A stretch of DNA of 64,000 nucleotides from Candidatus Aenigmatarchaeota archaeon (GTDB lineage Archaea > Aenigmatarchaeota > Aenigmatarchaeia > Aenigmatarchaeales > JAHLMR01). The position numbers were made by a program, and so were the translations under genes. Below are positions 29,554-38,842 of this stretch, piece by piece; position 1 is the stretch's first letter, and each line of letters opens with the position of its first letter. The stretch lies in contig JAHLMR010000001.1 in NCBI GenBank assembly GCA_018920255.1, positions 1,058 through 65,057 of the forward strand. Direction: 5' to 3'. Below the pieces are notes generated by a model. That model was not told the origin of the DNA and did no database searches. It saw only the letters and a list, made by a program, of their open reading frames with translations.

Positions 29554-30710
29554 TATTCTATTCCTCCTCTTTTTATTTTTATCTGATTTTTTCTCTGTTC
29601 ATCAGATAAAAGTTTTTTATATTCTATTATAATTTTTTCTATTTTATCTAATACTGCTCCAACAGCATCCCTAATATCCCATCCAATATCATGAGCAGAA
29701 AACATACCAACTTTAGTCTTTACTTTTAATCTTATAGAATACTTTATTCTCTTTGGTAACGGTTCTATTTCTCCATATTTTTTAACATGCATATGTACGT
29801 ACTGTATTTCAAATATTTTATTTAATTTAGCTACAGTATCCTCAAGCATTCTGTCAATGGTTGACCGTATAAACTCATCTTCTTCTCCAAGACCAGTTAT
29901 TTGTAAGTATACTCCCTTCTTTTCAAACTGAGAAATATACAATTCAAAGATATCTTTCATTGTTACAATTCCAGAAATTTTTTTATCCTTTTCTAGAATT
30001 ACATAACTAACATTTTTATTAAACATTTCAGATATAGCTTCAGATACAGAAATATTTTCATCTACTATTAATGGATTAGTATTCATTATAGTTGATACTG
30101 GTATAGACATAAGTCTTTCCATTTCAGCAGCCATTTCCCAAAAACTCATTTTTTCATGCGATTTAAGGGATTTTAAAAAATCAAAGGATGTTACTATGCC
30201 AACTATTTTTTCATTAGAATCTAAAACAGGTAAATGAGAAACATCATTTTCTTTCATTATCATTCTTGTTTTTCCTATGCTTGTATCAATAGTTATTGTA
30301 ATAGGTTTAACAGCAATTTCTGATATTTTAGTTTGTCTAAATAATTTTGATCCAGAGATATAATTTATTATTTCTTTCATAGAAATCTTTCCTATAATTT
30401 TAGAATTATCAATTACTGGAATGCTTCTTACACCACTTTTAAATAATATTTTTGCCGCATCCTCTATTTTATCATCAGGTTTTGTATACATCGGTTTTGT
30501 TAATATAAATTTAGCTACTGTTGCTTTATTCGGATCACTAACACCCTTTCTTATTATATCTTTATAAGTTATAATTCCAAAAAATTTTTTATTTTTAATA
30601 ACAAATGCTTCGTGAATATGATATTTTTCCATTAATGAAAAAAAGTTTGTAAGTTTATCATCAAAGTTTAGAATAGGCAAGTCTTTTGACATAATATCTT
30701 TTACAAGCAT
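29553..30710 (-). CDS. Multi-CBS-domain protein
   Basis: Four CBS repeats (IMSKDLPIL, ...VIDNSKIIGKISMKEI, ...HLPVLDSNEKIVGIVTSFD, ...ILEKDKKISGIVTMKDI) plus a ~110-aa C-terminal tail of unknown function. Confidence 0.7.
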   Translation of the reverse strand: MLVKDIMSKDLPILNFDDKLTNFFSLMEKYHIHEAFVIKNKKFFGIITYKDIIRKGVSDPNKATVAKFILTKPMYTKPDDKIEDAAKILFKSGVRSIPVIDNSKIIGKISMKEIINYISGSKLFRQTKISEIAVKPITITIDTSIGKTRMIMKENDVSHLPVLDSNEKIVGIVTSFDFLKSLKSHEKMSFWEMAAEMERLMSIPVSTIMNTNPLIVDENISVSEAISEMFNKNVSYVILEKDKKISGIVTMKDIFELYISQFEKKGVYLQITGLGEEDEFIRSTIDRMLEDTVAKLNKIFEIQYVHMHVKKYGEIEPLPKRIKYSIRLKVKTKVGMFSAHDIGWDIRDAVGAVLDKIEKIIIEYKKLLSDEQRKNQIKIKRGGIE

Positions 30711-30818
30711 TATATCCTCCCCTTTCAGAAATTTATGTGGTTTCTAAGTATTTAAAATATATATTTCATAATATTTAAAAATAAACTTTTAAATAAAAAT
30801 AAATTTTAATTATTTTTT

Positions 30819-31622
30819 ATGAAATTATTATACGGCTTACTAGTAATAATAACATTGTTTATTTTAATTTTATTAATAAATCAGCAAACTAATTATGAAA
30901 AACTATTATCTTATTCTATTTCTGGATGTTTTGAAAAAACTGAAAGAGAATATGAAAAAACAAAAAATATAGATAATGTTTTTACTGAAATTAGAAATAA
31001 CTCAATTTATTTTATACATAAATTAAATTATGTATGTTGTGCTAAAATAAAAGTTTATTTAGAACCGTTTGAAAAAAATTCAAATTATACTATAATTAAA
31101 ATTAAAGAAGTAAATGAAGGAGAAATGTGTAGATGCGTTTGTGATTATGAAATAAATGGTTCTATAGGCCCGCTGGAAAATGGAAATTATTTACTTCAAA
31201 TTTATGGAGTAGAATTTCAAAATGTTCCAGGAGAAATTATTTTTGAAAAAGAAATAAATATTAATAAAATTATTGGAGTTCCAAATCCAGCCTCAAAATA
31301 TTGTATAGAAAATAATGGAAGTTTATTTATAGAAAAAGATAAAAATAATGGCGAATATGGTGTTTGTATATTTCAAAATAATGCAAAATGTGAAGAATGG
31401 GCCTTTTTTAAAGGAGAATGTTCTAAAGAAAAACCAAACTTTTGTATTTCTAAAGAAGATTGTGCATGTGGTACTCATATAAATACAGGAGAATGTTTTG
31501 TGGGCTCTAAAGAGTTTGTGAATATAGAAAAACAATGTCCAGATTATTGCACAGGAATAGCAGGAAATTTTAAAATTGATTGTATAAATCATCAATGTAA
31601 ACTTGTAAAAGCATATCATTAA
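30819..31622 (+). CDS. Secreted/membrane-anchored Cys-rich protein with a DUF333 (putative hemolysin)-like domain
   Basis: N-terminal hydrophobic anchor. The motif NPASKYCIENNGSLF...GEYGVCIFQNNAKCEEWAFFKGEC matches the DUF333 pattern. Additional Cys-rich modules are present. Confidence 0.45.
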   Translation: MKLLYGLLVIITLFILILLINQQTNYEKLLSYSISGCFEKTEREYEKTKNIDNVFTEIRNNSIYFIHKLNYVCCAKIKVYLEPFEKNSNYTIIKIKEVNEGEMCRCVCDYEINGSIGPLENGNYLLQIYGVEFQNVPGEIIFEKEININKIIGVPNPASKYCIENNGSLFIEKDKNNGEYGVCIFQNNAKCEEWAFFKGECSKEKPNFCISKEDCACGTHINTGECFVGSKEFVNIEKQCPDYCTGIAGNFKIDCINHQCKLVKAYH

Positions 31623-31648
31623 AATATTAACAAATTTATATTATTATT

Positions 31649-32200
31649 ATGTATATTCGTATTATACCAATTGGAAACATTCCACGAAAAATATTAGAAG
31701 CACTTTCCACAGAACTTTCTGAAATTTTAAATTCAAGAGTAAAAATACTAGATTCTGTAAAAGTTCCTCATGATGCTTATAATCATTGGAGAAAACAGTA
31801 TGATGCAAAGAAAATAATACAAAATTTATCAGAACTATCTCAAACAAAATTTATAGATAAATCAATGCCTCTACTATATGTTATAGATGAAGATATATAT
31901 TTTAGCGGCCTGAATTTTATTTTTGGTTTAGAAGATCCTATTCAAGGAGCATGTATTATATCAATAACTAGATTAAGAAATGAGTTTTATGACTTAAAAC
32001 CAAATCTTTCAATTTTAATTGAAAGGTCTGTTAAAGAGGCAATTCATGAATTAGGACATTTTATGGGTCTTGAACATTGTTCTCATCCTTTTTGTGTAAT
32101 GTGTTTTTCGCCGTCAGTGGGAGATATAGATAGAAAACAAAAAGACTTTTGTAGAGATTGTAAATATAAACTATCTTTAAAGGGTTATAAAATTGAATAA
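31649..32200 (+). CDS. amzA: Archaemetzincin (zinc metalloprotease)
   Basis: HELGHFMGLEH zinc-binding motif followed by the CSHPFCVMCF Cys motif, both characteristic of archaemetzincins. Confidence 0.8.
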   Translation: MYIRIIPIGNIPRKILEALSTELSEILNSRVKILDSVKVPHDAYNHWRKQYDAKKIIQNLSELSQTKFIDKSMPLLYVIDEDIYFSGLNFIFGLEDPIQGACIISITRLRNEFYDLKPNLSILIERSVKEAIHELGHFMGLEHCSHPFCVMCFSPSVGDIDRKQKDFCRDCKYKLSLKGYKIE

Positions 32201-32248
32201 AACATAGTTTTTTAAACTTTAAATTCAATTTTTTGAAAAGGTGATAAT

Positions 32249-32659
32249 ATGCCAATAGTTGGTTTTTTATTAAATGAAGTAAGTGGAAAAAAAATAACAG
32301 AAATTCAAGGAGGAGTTTCTGTTGCAAATAATGCAGACATTAAAAGCGTTAAAAAAGAACAAATTAAAAAATTTAACCAAGATGCTATTTCTATAGGTTT
32401 TGAATTTTCTTCTACATATACAAGTGAAGATGAAGAAATTGCAAAAATTATTATGAAAGGAAATTTAATAGCAATAGATGAGGATACAGATAAAATTTTG
32501 GAATTTTGGAAAAAGAATAAAGAACTTCCTGAGAATCTTCACATTGAAGCTATAAATATTATTTTAAGAAAATGTTTAACAAAAATAATGTTAATTTCAG
32601 ATGAACTTCAATTACCGCCACCAATTGGATTACCATTTGCAACAAAGAAAGAAAAATAG
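32249..32659 (+). CDS. Hypothetical protein
   Basis: 136-aa ORF with a GGTGA RBS upstream. No recognised motifs. Confidence 0.3.
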   Translation: MPIVGFLLNEVSGKKITEIQGGVSVANNADIKSVKKEQIKKFNQDAISIGFEFSSTYTSEDEEIAKIIMKGNLIAIDEDTDKILEFWKKNKELPENLHIEAINIILRKCLTKIMLISDELQLPPPIGLPFATKKEK

Positions 32660-32671
32660 TTTTAGATTAAT

Positions 32672-33784
32672 ATGAAAGAAATATTTATTCAAGAAAAAGA
32701 AAAGAGAATATCTCCATTTGATGTTGATGGAGAAGAAATAGATTATGAAAAACTTATAAAAGAATTTGGAGTAGAACCAATTGAAAATTTAAAAAATAAA
32801 AAAGAAATAGAAAATATTGATTTTTATAAAAGAGGAAGAATAATATCCCATAGAGATTTTGATAAATTTTTAGATGCAATTAAATCAGGAAAAAAAGTTA
32901 GTATAGTTTCTGGTTTAAATGCATCAGGAAGTATGCATTTTGGGCATAGGGGAGCATTTGATTTATGCTTGGAACTTCAGAAAAAATATAAAATACCCGT
33001 ATTTATTCCAATAAGCGATGATGAAGCATACGTCTGTAAAAAAATAAAAAATCAAGAAGAAGGATTAAAAAATGCAGAACTAATAGCTAAACAAGTTGCC
33101 GCATTGGGTTTTGACCCAAAACTAACTAAAATATTTATACATCAAAAATATACAAAAATATATAATTTGGCTATTAAATTATCAACAAAATATACGCTTT
33201 CTACAATAAAAGCTATTTATGGTTTTAAAGACGAAACAAACCCAGGATTAATGTTTTATCCTGTAATTCAAGCAGCAGATATCTTACTTCCTCAAGAACT
33301 GTATGGTCCACATCTAACATTAGTTCCAGTTGCAATAGATCAAGATCCTCATATAAGACTTGCAAGAGATATAGCAGAAAAATTTGGATATGTAAAACCA
33401 GCAGCATTACATATAAAATTTCTTCATGGATTAAGAGGAGGAAAAATGAGTAAAAGTAGAGAAGGTTCTGCATTATTTTTAAATGAAGATTTATTAAAAG
33501 TTAAAAAGCTTTGTATGAACACACTGACAGGCGGGCAAGAAACAATAGAACTTCAAAGAAAATTTGGCGGAAAACCAAATTTATGTATTGTTCATGAATA
33601 TTTATCATGTTTGTTTGATGATAATTTAGAGATAACTAAAGAAAGAGAAAAACTTTGCTTAGAAGGTAAAATTTTATGTGGTGATGATAAAAAAGTTCTT
33701 TGTGAAAAATTTCTAAAGTATCTTAAAGAATTTCAAGAAAAAGTAAAAAATATAAAAATAGAAGAATTCCTACTAAAGGAGTAA
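32672..33784 (+). CDS. trpS: Tryptophanyl-tRNA synthetase (archaeal/eukaryotic type)
   Basis: HIGH-like motif MHFGH and KMSKS motif are present. The TrpRS-specific blocks YPVIQAADIL and VAIDQDPHIRLARD are also present. Confidence 0.8.
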   Translation: MKEIFIQEKEKRISPFDVDGEEIDYEKLIKEFGVEPIENLKNKKEIENIDFYKRGRIISHRDFDKFLDAIKSGKKVSIVSGLNASGSMHFGHRGAFDLCLELQKKYKIPVFIPISDDEAYVCKKIKNQEEGLKNAELIAKQVAALGFDPKLTKIFIHQKYTKIYNLAIKLSTKYTLSTIKAIYGFKDETNPGLMFYPVIQAADILLPQELYGPHLTLVPVAIDQDPHIRLARDIAEKFGYVKPAALHIKFLHGLRGGKMSKSREGSALFLNEDLLKVKKLCMNTLTGGQETIELQRKFGGKPNLCIVHEYLSCLFDDNLEITKEREKLCLEGKILCGDDKKVLCEKFLKYLKEFQEKVKNIKIEEFLLKE

Positions 33785-33829
33785 AATATATTTATAAATT
33801 TATATTCTTAACAAATTTAAGGTGATAAA

Positions 33830-34063
33830 ATGCAAAATATAAAATTTGAAATTTTAAATTCAGAAATAGTTGAAATAAACGAAAGAAATTTTATAGAAAT
33901 TGCAAAGAAAAAAGCTATTTCTTCAGATATTGAAAGAGAGTTTTTTTCAATTTCTAGAGGATATTTAAATCAAAAAGGAGAAAGAAAATTTAAAAATTCT
34001 GTTAGTATTCCACCAGAAGCAATAGAAAAAGTATTATTAGCATTGGATAGAATAAAATCTTAA
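33830..34063 (+). CDS. Hypothetical small protein
   Basis: 77-aa ORF between trpS and pheS. No motifs recognised. Confidence 0.25.
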   Translation: MQNIKFEILNSEIVEINERNFIEIAKKKAISSDIEREFFSISRGYLNQKGERKFKNSVSIPPEAIEKVLLALDRIKS

Positions 34064-34105
34064 ATTAGATAAACTTAAAAATATCTCTTTCAATAATTCA
34101 AGAAT

Positions 34106-35386
34106 ATGTGGAAGCTAACTAAAGAAGGAGAAGATTATTTAATTAATGGATTTCCAGAAATAAATTTAATAAAACAAATAAAGGAAGAAGAAAAACTGTT
34201 GAATGAAATAAAAATAGATAATCTTGCTATTGCTCTAAATTGGGCAAAAAAGAACGAATGGATTAAAATAGAAAATAAAAAAATAATTCTCACAGAAGCA
34301 GGAAAAAAAGCATTAAAAGAAAAATATAAATTAAATGATGCTTTAGAATTAATATCAAAAACAGGAAGATGTCCAGAAGGATATTTAGAAATTCTTTTAA
34401 ATAGAAATTTAATTTATGAAGTAAAGGAAATAGAAAAACAAAGAAAATTTAAATTTAATTTTATTGAATTCATAAAAAATATTTTTTATAAAAAGCAAGA
34501 AAATGAAATAACCCAACTTCTTCCTAAACACATTATTCATGGAAACTGGAAAAAAATGAAATTTAAGGCATATGATGTTAATGCTCCAGCACCAAAAATT
34601 TGGCCTGGAAAATATCAAGCATATTTAGATTTTTTAGATGAAATAAAAGAAAGGCTTATTTCAATGGGTTTTGTTGAAGTAGATGGACCTCTCGTAGAAT
34701 CCACGTTTTGGAATTGTGATGCTTTATTTATGCCTCAAGATCATCCAGCAAGAGGATTACATGATATTTTTGAAATAGAAAACAACATATCAGCTAAACT
34801 TCCAGATTCTTCTGTTTTAGAAAAGGTTAAAGAAGAGCATTTGAAAAATTGGGGTGGAACCTGGAATAAAGATGACGCTTCAAAATTAATATTAAGATCT
34901 CAAACAACAGCAGTTTCAGCAAGAGTTTTATATGAACATGGAGATAAACCAGGAAAATATTTTTGCATTGGAAGAAATTTTAGACCTGATGTTATTGATG
35001 CAAAACATTTAATAGAGTTTCAGCAATGTGAAGGAATTGTAATAGGAGAAAATTTAACATTTAAACATTTACTTGGTTATTTAAAGGATTTTGCTCACGC
35101 TATTGGTATGAAAGAAATAAAATTTATGCCTTCATATTTTCCGTTTACTGAACCATCTGTTGAAGGTTATGTAAAACATCCAAAATTAGGGTGGATGGAA
35201 GTATTACCAGCAGGAATATTAAGACCAGAAGTTTTAAAGCCACTAGGAATAGAAAAATGTAGAGTATTGGCATGGGGTATAGGAATAACAAGGCTTGCAA
35301 TGATAAAACTTGAAATAGATGATATAAGACATTTATTTTCAAATGATATAGGATTCCTAAGAGATAAAGAACAAGTAATTATGTGA
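34106..35386 (+). CDS. pheS: Phenylalanyl-tRNA synthetase alpha subunit
   Basis: Class II core with FMPQDHPARGLHDIF (motif 2 region) and the C-terminal motif 3 GWGIGITRLAM. Confidence 0.85.
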   Translation: MWKLTKEGEDYLINGFPEINLIKQIKEEEKLLNEIKIDNLAIALNWAKKNEWIKIENKKIILTEAGKKALKEKYKLNDALELISKTGRCPEGYLEILLNRNLIYEVKEIEKQRKFKFNFIEFIKNIFYKKQENEITQLLPKHIIHGNWKKMKFKAYDVNAPAPKIWPGKYQAYLDFLDEIKERLISMGFVEVDGPLVESTFWNCDALFMPQDHPARGLHDIFEIENNISAKLPDSSVLEKVKEEHLKNWGGTWNKDDASKLILRSQTTAVSARVLYEHGDKPGKYFCIGRNFRPDVIDAKHLIEFQQCEGIVIGENLTFKHLLGYLKDFAHAIGMKEIKFMPSYFPFTEPSVEGYVKHPKLGWMEVLPAGILRPEVLKPLGIEKCRVLAWGIGITRLAMIKLEIDDIRHLFSNDIGFLRDKEQVIM

Positions 35387-37032
35387 TAAATATGGTATCT
35401 CTTGAAATAAATAAAACTACTTTATTAAAATTAATAGGAAAGGAATTAACCGATGAAGAATTAATTGATATTTTATTTAATTTTAAATGTGAAGCAACAA
35501 TTGTTGGAGATAGTATTAATTGTGAAATAACTCCAGATAGGTTAGATTTATTTTCTGTTGAAGGTATTGCAAGAGCAATTAAGCAGTTTTTAGAAATTGA
35601 ACCAGGATTACAAAAAATACCTATTATGCCATCCACAGAAACAATTTATGTTAAAAATGTTAAAGCAAGACCACATATAAGAGCAGCAATTATAAGAAAT
35701 ATGATTTTTGATGAAGCATTTATATTAGATTTAATGCAAATTCAAGAAAAATTACATGCAACCATTGGAAGAGATAGAAAAAAAGTTGCTATAGGAATTC
35801 ACGATATTTCTAAAGTTCAAGGACCTTTTACATATAAAGAAGTTTTTCCAAATGAAATAAGATTTATGCCTCTTGATATGAAAAAAGAAATGAATTTAAA
35901 AGAAATATTAGAAGAACATCCTAAGGGAAAAAAATATGCAAATTTACTAAAAGATTTTGATATATATCCAATACTTTTAGATGCAAAAGAAAGAGTATTA
36001 AGCTTCCCCCCAATAATAAATGGAGAATTAACAAGAGTTTCTTTAGAAACAAAAGATATTCTTATAGATGTTACTGGAACAGATGAAAAGGCAGTTGAAA
36101 ACACATTAAATATTATTGTTTCAATGCTTTCTTTTAGAGGAGGAATAGTTGAGGCTGTAAAAATTTCAAGTGATGATTTTACTAAAGAGTTTCCAAGCTT
36201 TGAACCAAAATTAATAAAAATTAAAAAAGAACTTCCTGAAATGATTTTAGGAACAAAACTTAATTTAGACGATATTCCAATCTTTTTAGAAAGAATGGGA
36301 TATGATGCTGCTATTGTTGGAGATTCGATAGAAATTTTTATTCCAGCATATAGAGTTGACGTTTTTTCTGAAATGGATATTATAGAAGATATAGCAATAG
36401 CTTATGGATATAATAATATTATACCAGAACTTCCAAAATTAGCAACAAAAGGAGAATTTTCTAAAAAAGAAAAAATTTCTAAAAAAATAAGAACAGTTAT
36501 GATTGGTTTTGGTGCACAAGAAACACTTAACTTTATTTTAACAAATGAAAATGATTGTTATACAAAAATGCACGTTGTTCCAGAAAATTATATTAAAATT
36601 AAAAATCCAGTTTCTTCAGAATTTAATATTTGTAGAACATGGATATTACCTTCTTTAATGAAAATTTTATCATTAAATAAACATAGATCATATCCTCAAA
36701 AAATATTTGAGGTTTCAGATTGTATCGTTCCAGATAATACACAAGAAACAAAAGCAAGAAATTCCAGAAAATTAGGTTTTGTTGTATGTCATGAAACAGC
36801 AAATTTAACAGAAATGAAATCTTATGTTGAAGCATTTCTTTCTGCGTTTAAAATAAAATATGAAATAATTAAATTTGAACATCCAAGTTTTATACCCACA
36901 AGAGTCGGAGCAATTATTTGTAATGGAGAAAATGTAGGATTTTTTGGAGAAATTCATCCTAAAGTTTTAGAAAAATGGGAATTAGATAAACCTGTAATAG
37001 CAATGGAAATTGATTTAGATAAAATTTTTTAA
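35383..37032 (+). CDS. pheT: Phenylalanyl-tRNA synthetase beta subunit (archaeal type)
   Basis: 549-aa protein that overlaps the pheS stop. It has B3/4 and B5-like domains and the archaeal PheT length. Confidence 0.8.
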   Translation: MINMVSLEINKTTLLKLIGKELTDEELIDILFNFKCEATIVGDSINCEITPDRLDLFSVEGIARAIKQFLEIEPGLQKIPIMPSTETIYVKNVKARPHIRAAIIRNMIFDEAFILDLMQIQEKLHATIGRDRKKVAIGIHDISKVQGPFTYKEVFPNEIRFMPLDMKKEMNLKEILEEHPKGKKYANLLKDFDIYPILLDAKERVLSFPPIINGELTRVSLETKDILIDVTGTDEKAVENTLNIIVSMLSFRGGIVEAVKISSDDFTKEFPSFEPKLIKIKKELPEMILGTKLNLDDIPIFLERMGYDAAIVGDSIEIFIPAYRVDVFSEMDIIEDIAIAYGYNNIIPELPKLATKGEFSKKEKISKKIRTVMIGFGAQETLNFILTNENDCYTKMHVVPENYIKIKNPVSSEFNICRTWILPSLMKILSLNKHRSYPQKIFEVSDCIVPDNTQETKARNSRKLGFVVCHETANLTEMKSYVEAFLSAFKIKYEIIKFEHPSFIPTRVGAIICNGENVGFFGEIHPKVLEKWELDKPVIAMEIDLDKIF

Positions 37033-37085
37033 TTTTTAAATAGTTTTATATCCATAAATTTATTATTAATAAATGATAAATATTT

Positions 37086-37757
37086 GTGGTGTTTATGGAA
37101 AAGCATATTTTTGAAATTCAAGTGGATGATAAAAAATATGAAGTAGTAAATATATTTCTTGAAGGACGCGAATATCTTATAAAAGGTGAAAATAGTTTCT
37201 ATATTGCATTAAACGAGATGTTAAATTATAATACAAAACCTCTTACTATAGATGAAATAATTAAATTAAGATTAAAAACTTATTCAAGAGACTTTGATTT
37301 TAATAAACTTACTATTGATACAGGAATTTTTTATAAAAAGGAAGAAGAAAATATTGTTTTGTTTAAATCAAAAGATGAAGATTCATATAAAAAGATAATA
37401 AATAATAAATTCAATGAAATTCAAGAAAAGGAAATTAAAAGAATAATGAATATTAAAATTAATGATTTATTAGATATGATTAATAAACAATTTTCAAAAA
37501 AGGAAGCTTTAAATAATAAAATATGGAGAAGTCTAGTTTCAAAAAGGGATTTAAAAAAATATGCTATTTTATTGTTTGATAAGCAAAAAGATAATCGTAA
37601 AAAAATGGGTATAGGGCATAGCGAACCTCTTGAAAATGAAAATATAAAAGCAGGCTATCTAACACTATTAAGATCTTTTGATGGAACAGGTGATATATCA
37701 TTTAACGAATTTTCATTTAAAAAACCATATTCTATAATGATTGGAGAAATTATCTAA
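37086..37757 (+). CDS. Hypothetical protein
   Basis: 223-aa Lys/Asn-rich ORF. No motifs recognised. Confidence 0.3.
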   Translation: MVFMEKHIFEIQVDDKKYEVVNIFLEGREYLIKGENSFYIALNEMLNYNTKPLTIDEIIKLRLKTYSRDFDFNKLTIDTGIFYKKEEENIVLFKSKDEDSYKKIINNKFNEIQEKEIKRIMNIKINDLLDMINKQFSKKEALNNKIWRSLVSKRDLKKYAILLFDKQKDNRKKMGIGHSEPLENENIKAGYLTLLRSFDGTGDISFNEFSFKKPYSIMIGEII

Positions 37758-38517
37758 TAATTTCAAGTAATCTTTCTAAAAACCCTTTTTCATAAGCAGG
37801 TTTTGAAAATTCACCAGTTATAATTGATTTAGCAAGCCTTTTAAATTCCTTAGCAGCCTTACTTTTGGGTCTATGAGAAATAATAGATTTTTTCATATAA
37901 ATTGATTCTGGAATAGCATCATCTTCAGGAATAATAGAAATAATAGGTAATTCTAAAATCTCTTCAATTTCTTCATCTTTAATTTCATAATGCTTACCCC
38001 TTTTTCTATTAACAACAACTCCAAGAATCTTTTTTCCATATGCTTCAGCAATTTTTATAGCCCTAAGGGCATCTGTAATAGAAGTTAATTCTGGATTTAC
38101 AACAACAATAATTTCATCTGCAATTTCAATAGCAGTTCTGGCTTCCCTTCCTAAACCAGCAGCACCATCAACAATAATTATTTCAGCTTTTCCTAAAAGA
38201 TTAAGCATAGCAGAATTAAGTTTTTCTAAATTAAGATTTTTTAATTCATGTACAGAAAGAGAAGCAGGAATAACTCTAAAGCCATCTGGATGTTTATATA
38301 TAACATCAGAAATTTTTGCTTTCTTTTTTAAGAAATCATTTAAAGTTAATGGATAAAAAGGCATACCTAAATGAAGATTTATATTTGGTGTTGTTACATT
38401 TCCATCTAACAAAATAACATCTTTTTCAAGTTCAGCTAAAGCAGCGGTTAAAGATACTGCTGTTGTAGTTTTTCCAACGCCACCCTTTCCTGAGATAATA
38501 CTTATTATTCGAGTCAT
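37750..38517 (-). CDS. minD: MinD/ParA-family P-loop ATPase
   Basis: Deviant Walker A GKGGVGKTT, switch regions and a C-terminal amphipathic tail. Confidence 0.8.
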   Translation of the reverse strand: MTRIISIISGKGGVGKTTTAVSLTAALAELEKDVILLDGNVTTPNINLHLGMPFYPLTLNDFLKKKAKISDVIYKHPDGFRVIPASLSVHELKNLNLEKLNSAMLNLLGKAEIIIVDGAAGLGREARTAIEIADEIIVVVNPELTSITDALRAIKIAEAYGKKILGVVVNRKRGKHYEIKDEEIEEILELPIISIIPEDDAIPESIYMKKSIISHRPKSKAAKEFKRLAKSIITGEFSKPAYEKGFLERLLEIIR

Positions 38518-38557
38518 TAATATATAAATAGAAAATTAAGAATAAAAAGATTTTTAT

Positions 38558-38784
38558 TGGCGCCCCTGACGGGATTTTCTCTGAAACTTCTTTACAACTT
38601 CTTTAAAAAAGAAGTTGCATCAAGAAAATTTATCTTTCTTGCTGAAGCTTCTTTCTTAAAGAAAGAAGCTTCTTTGAACCCGTGACCTCTTGCTTTCTTC
38701 TTTAGAGCGCTTCTCATAGCACAGCTCAAACCTTCTATATTAAAATAGAAGGCAAGCGCTCTGTCCAAACTGAGCTACAGGGGC
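38558..38784 (-). tRNA. tRNA-Arg(TCT) with two introns: a canonical 37/38 intron (~51 nt) and a ~100-nt T-loop (59/60) intron. CCA is encoded.
   Basis: Hand-folded. Acceptor GCCCCTG/CAGGGGC, D stem GCTC/GAGC, anticodon stem CTTGC/GCAAG with loop CTTCTA|intron|A, and T stem ACGGG/CCCGT with TTCAAA|intron|T. Confidence 0.7.
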
Positions 38785-38842
38785 ATTTATATAATTATTG
38801 ATAGATAAACTTTTATAAAATAAACACATAATTAATTTTTGT

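Noticed and set aside
38560-38800. GC-rich island first suspected to be a small rRNA fragment or SRP RNA
   Set aside because: It resolves cleanly into a tRNA-Arg cloverleaf with two introns on the minus strand. It has no 5S or 7S features.
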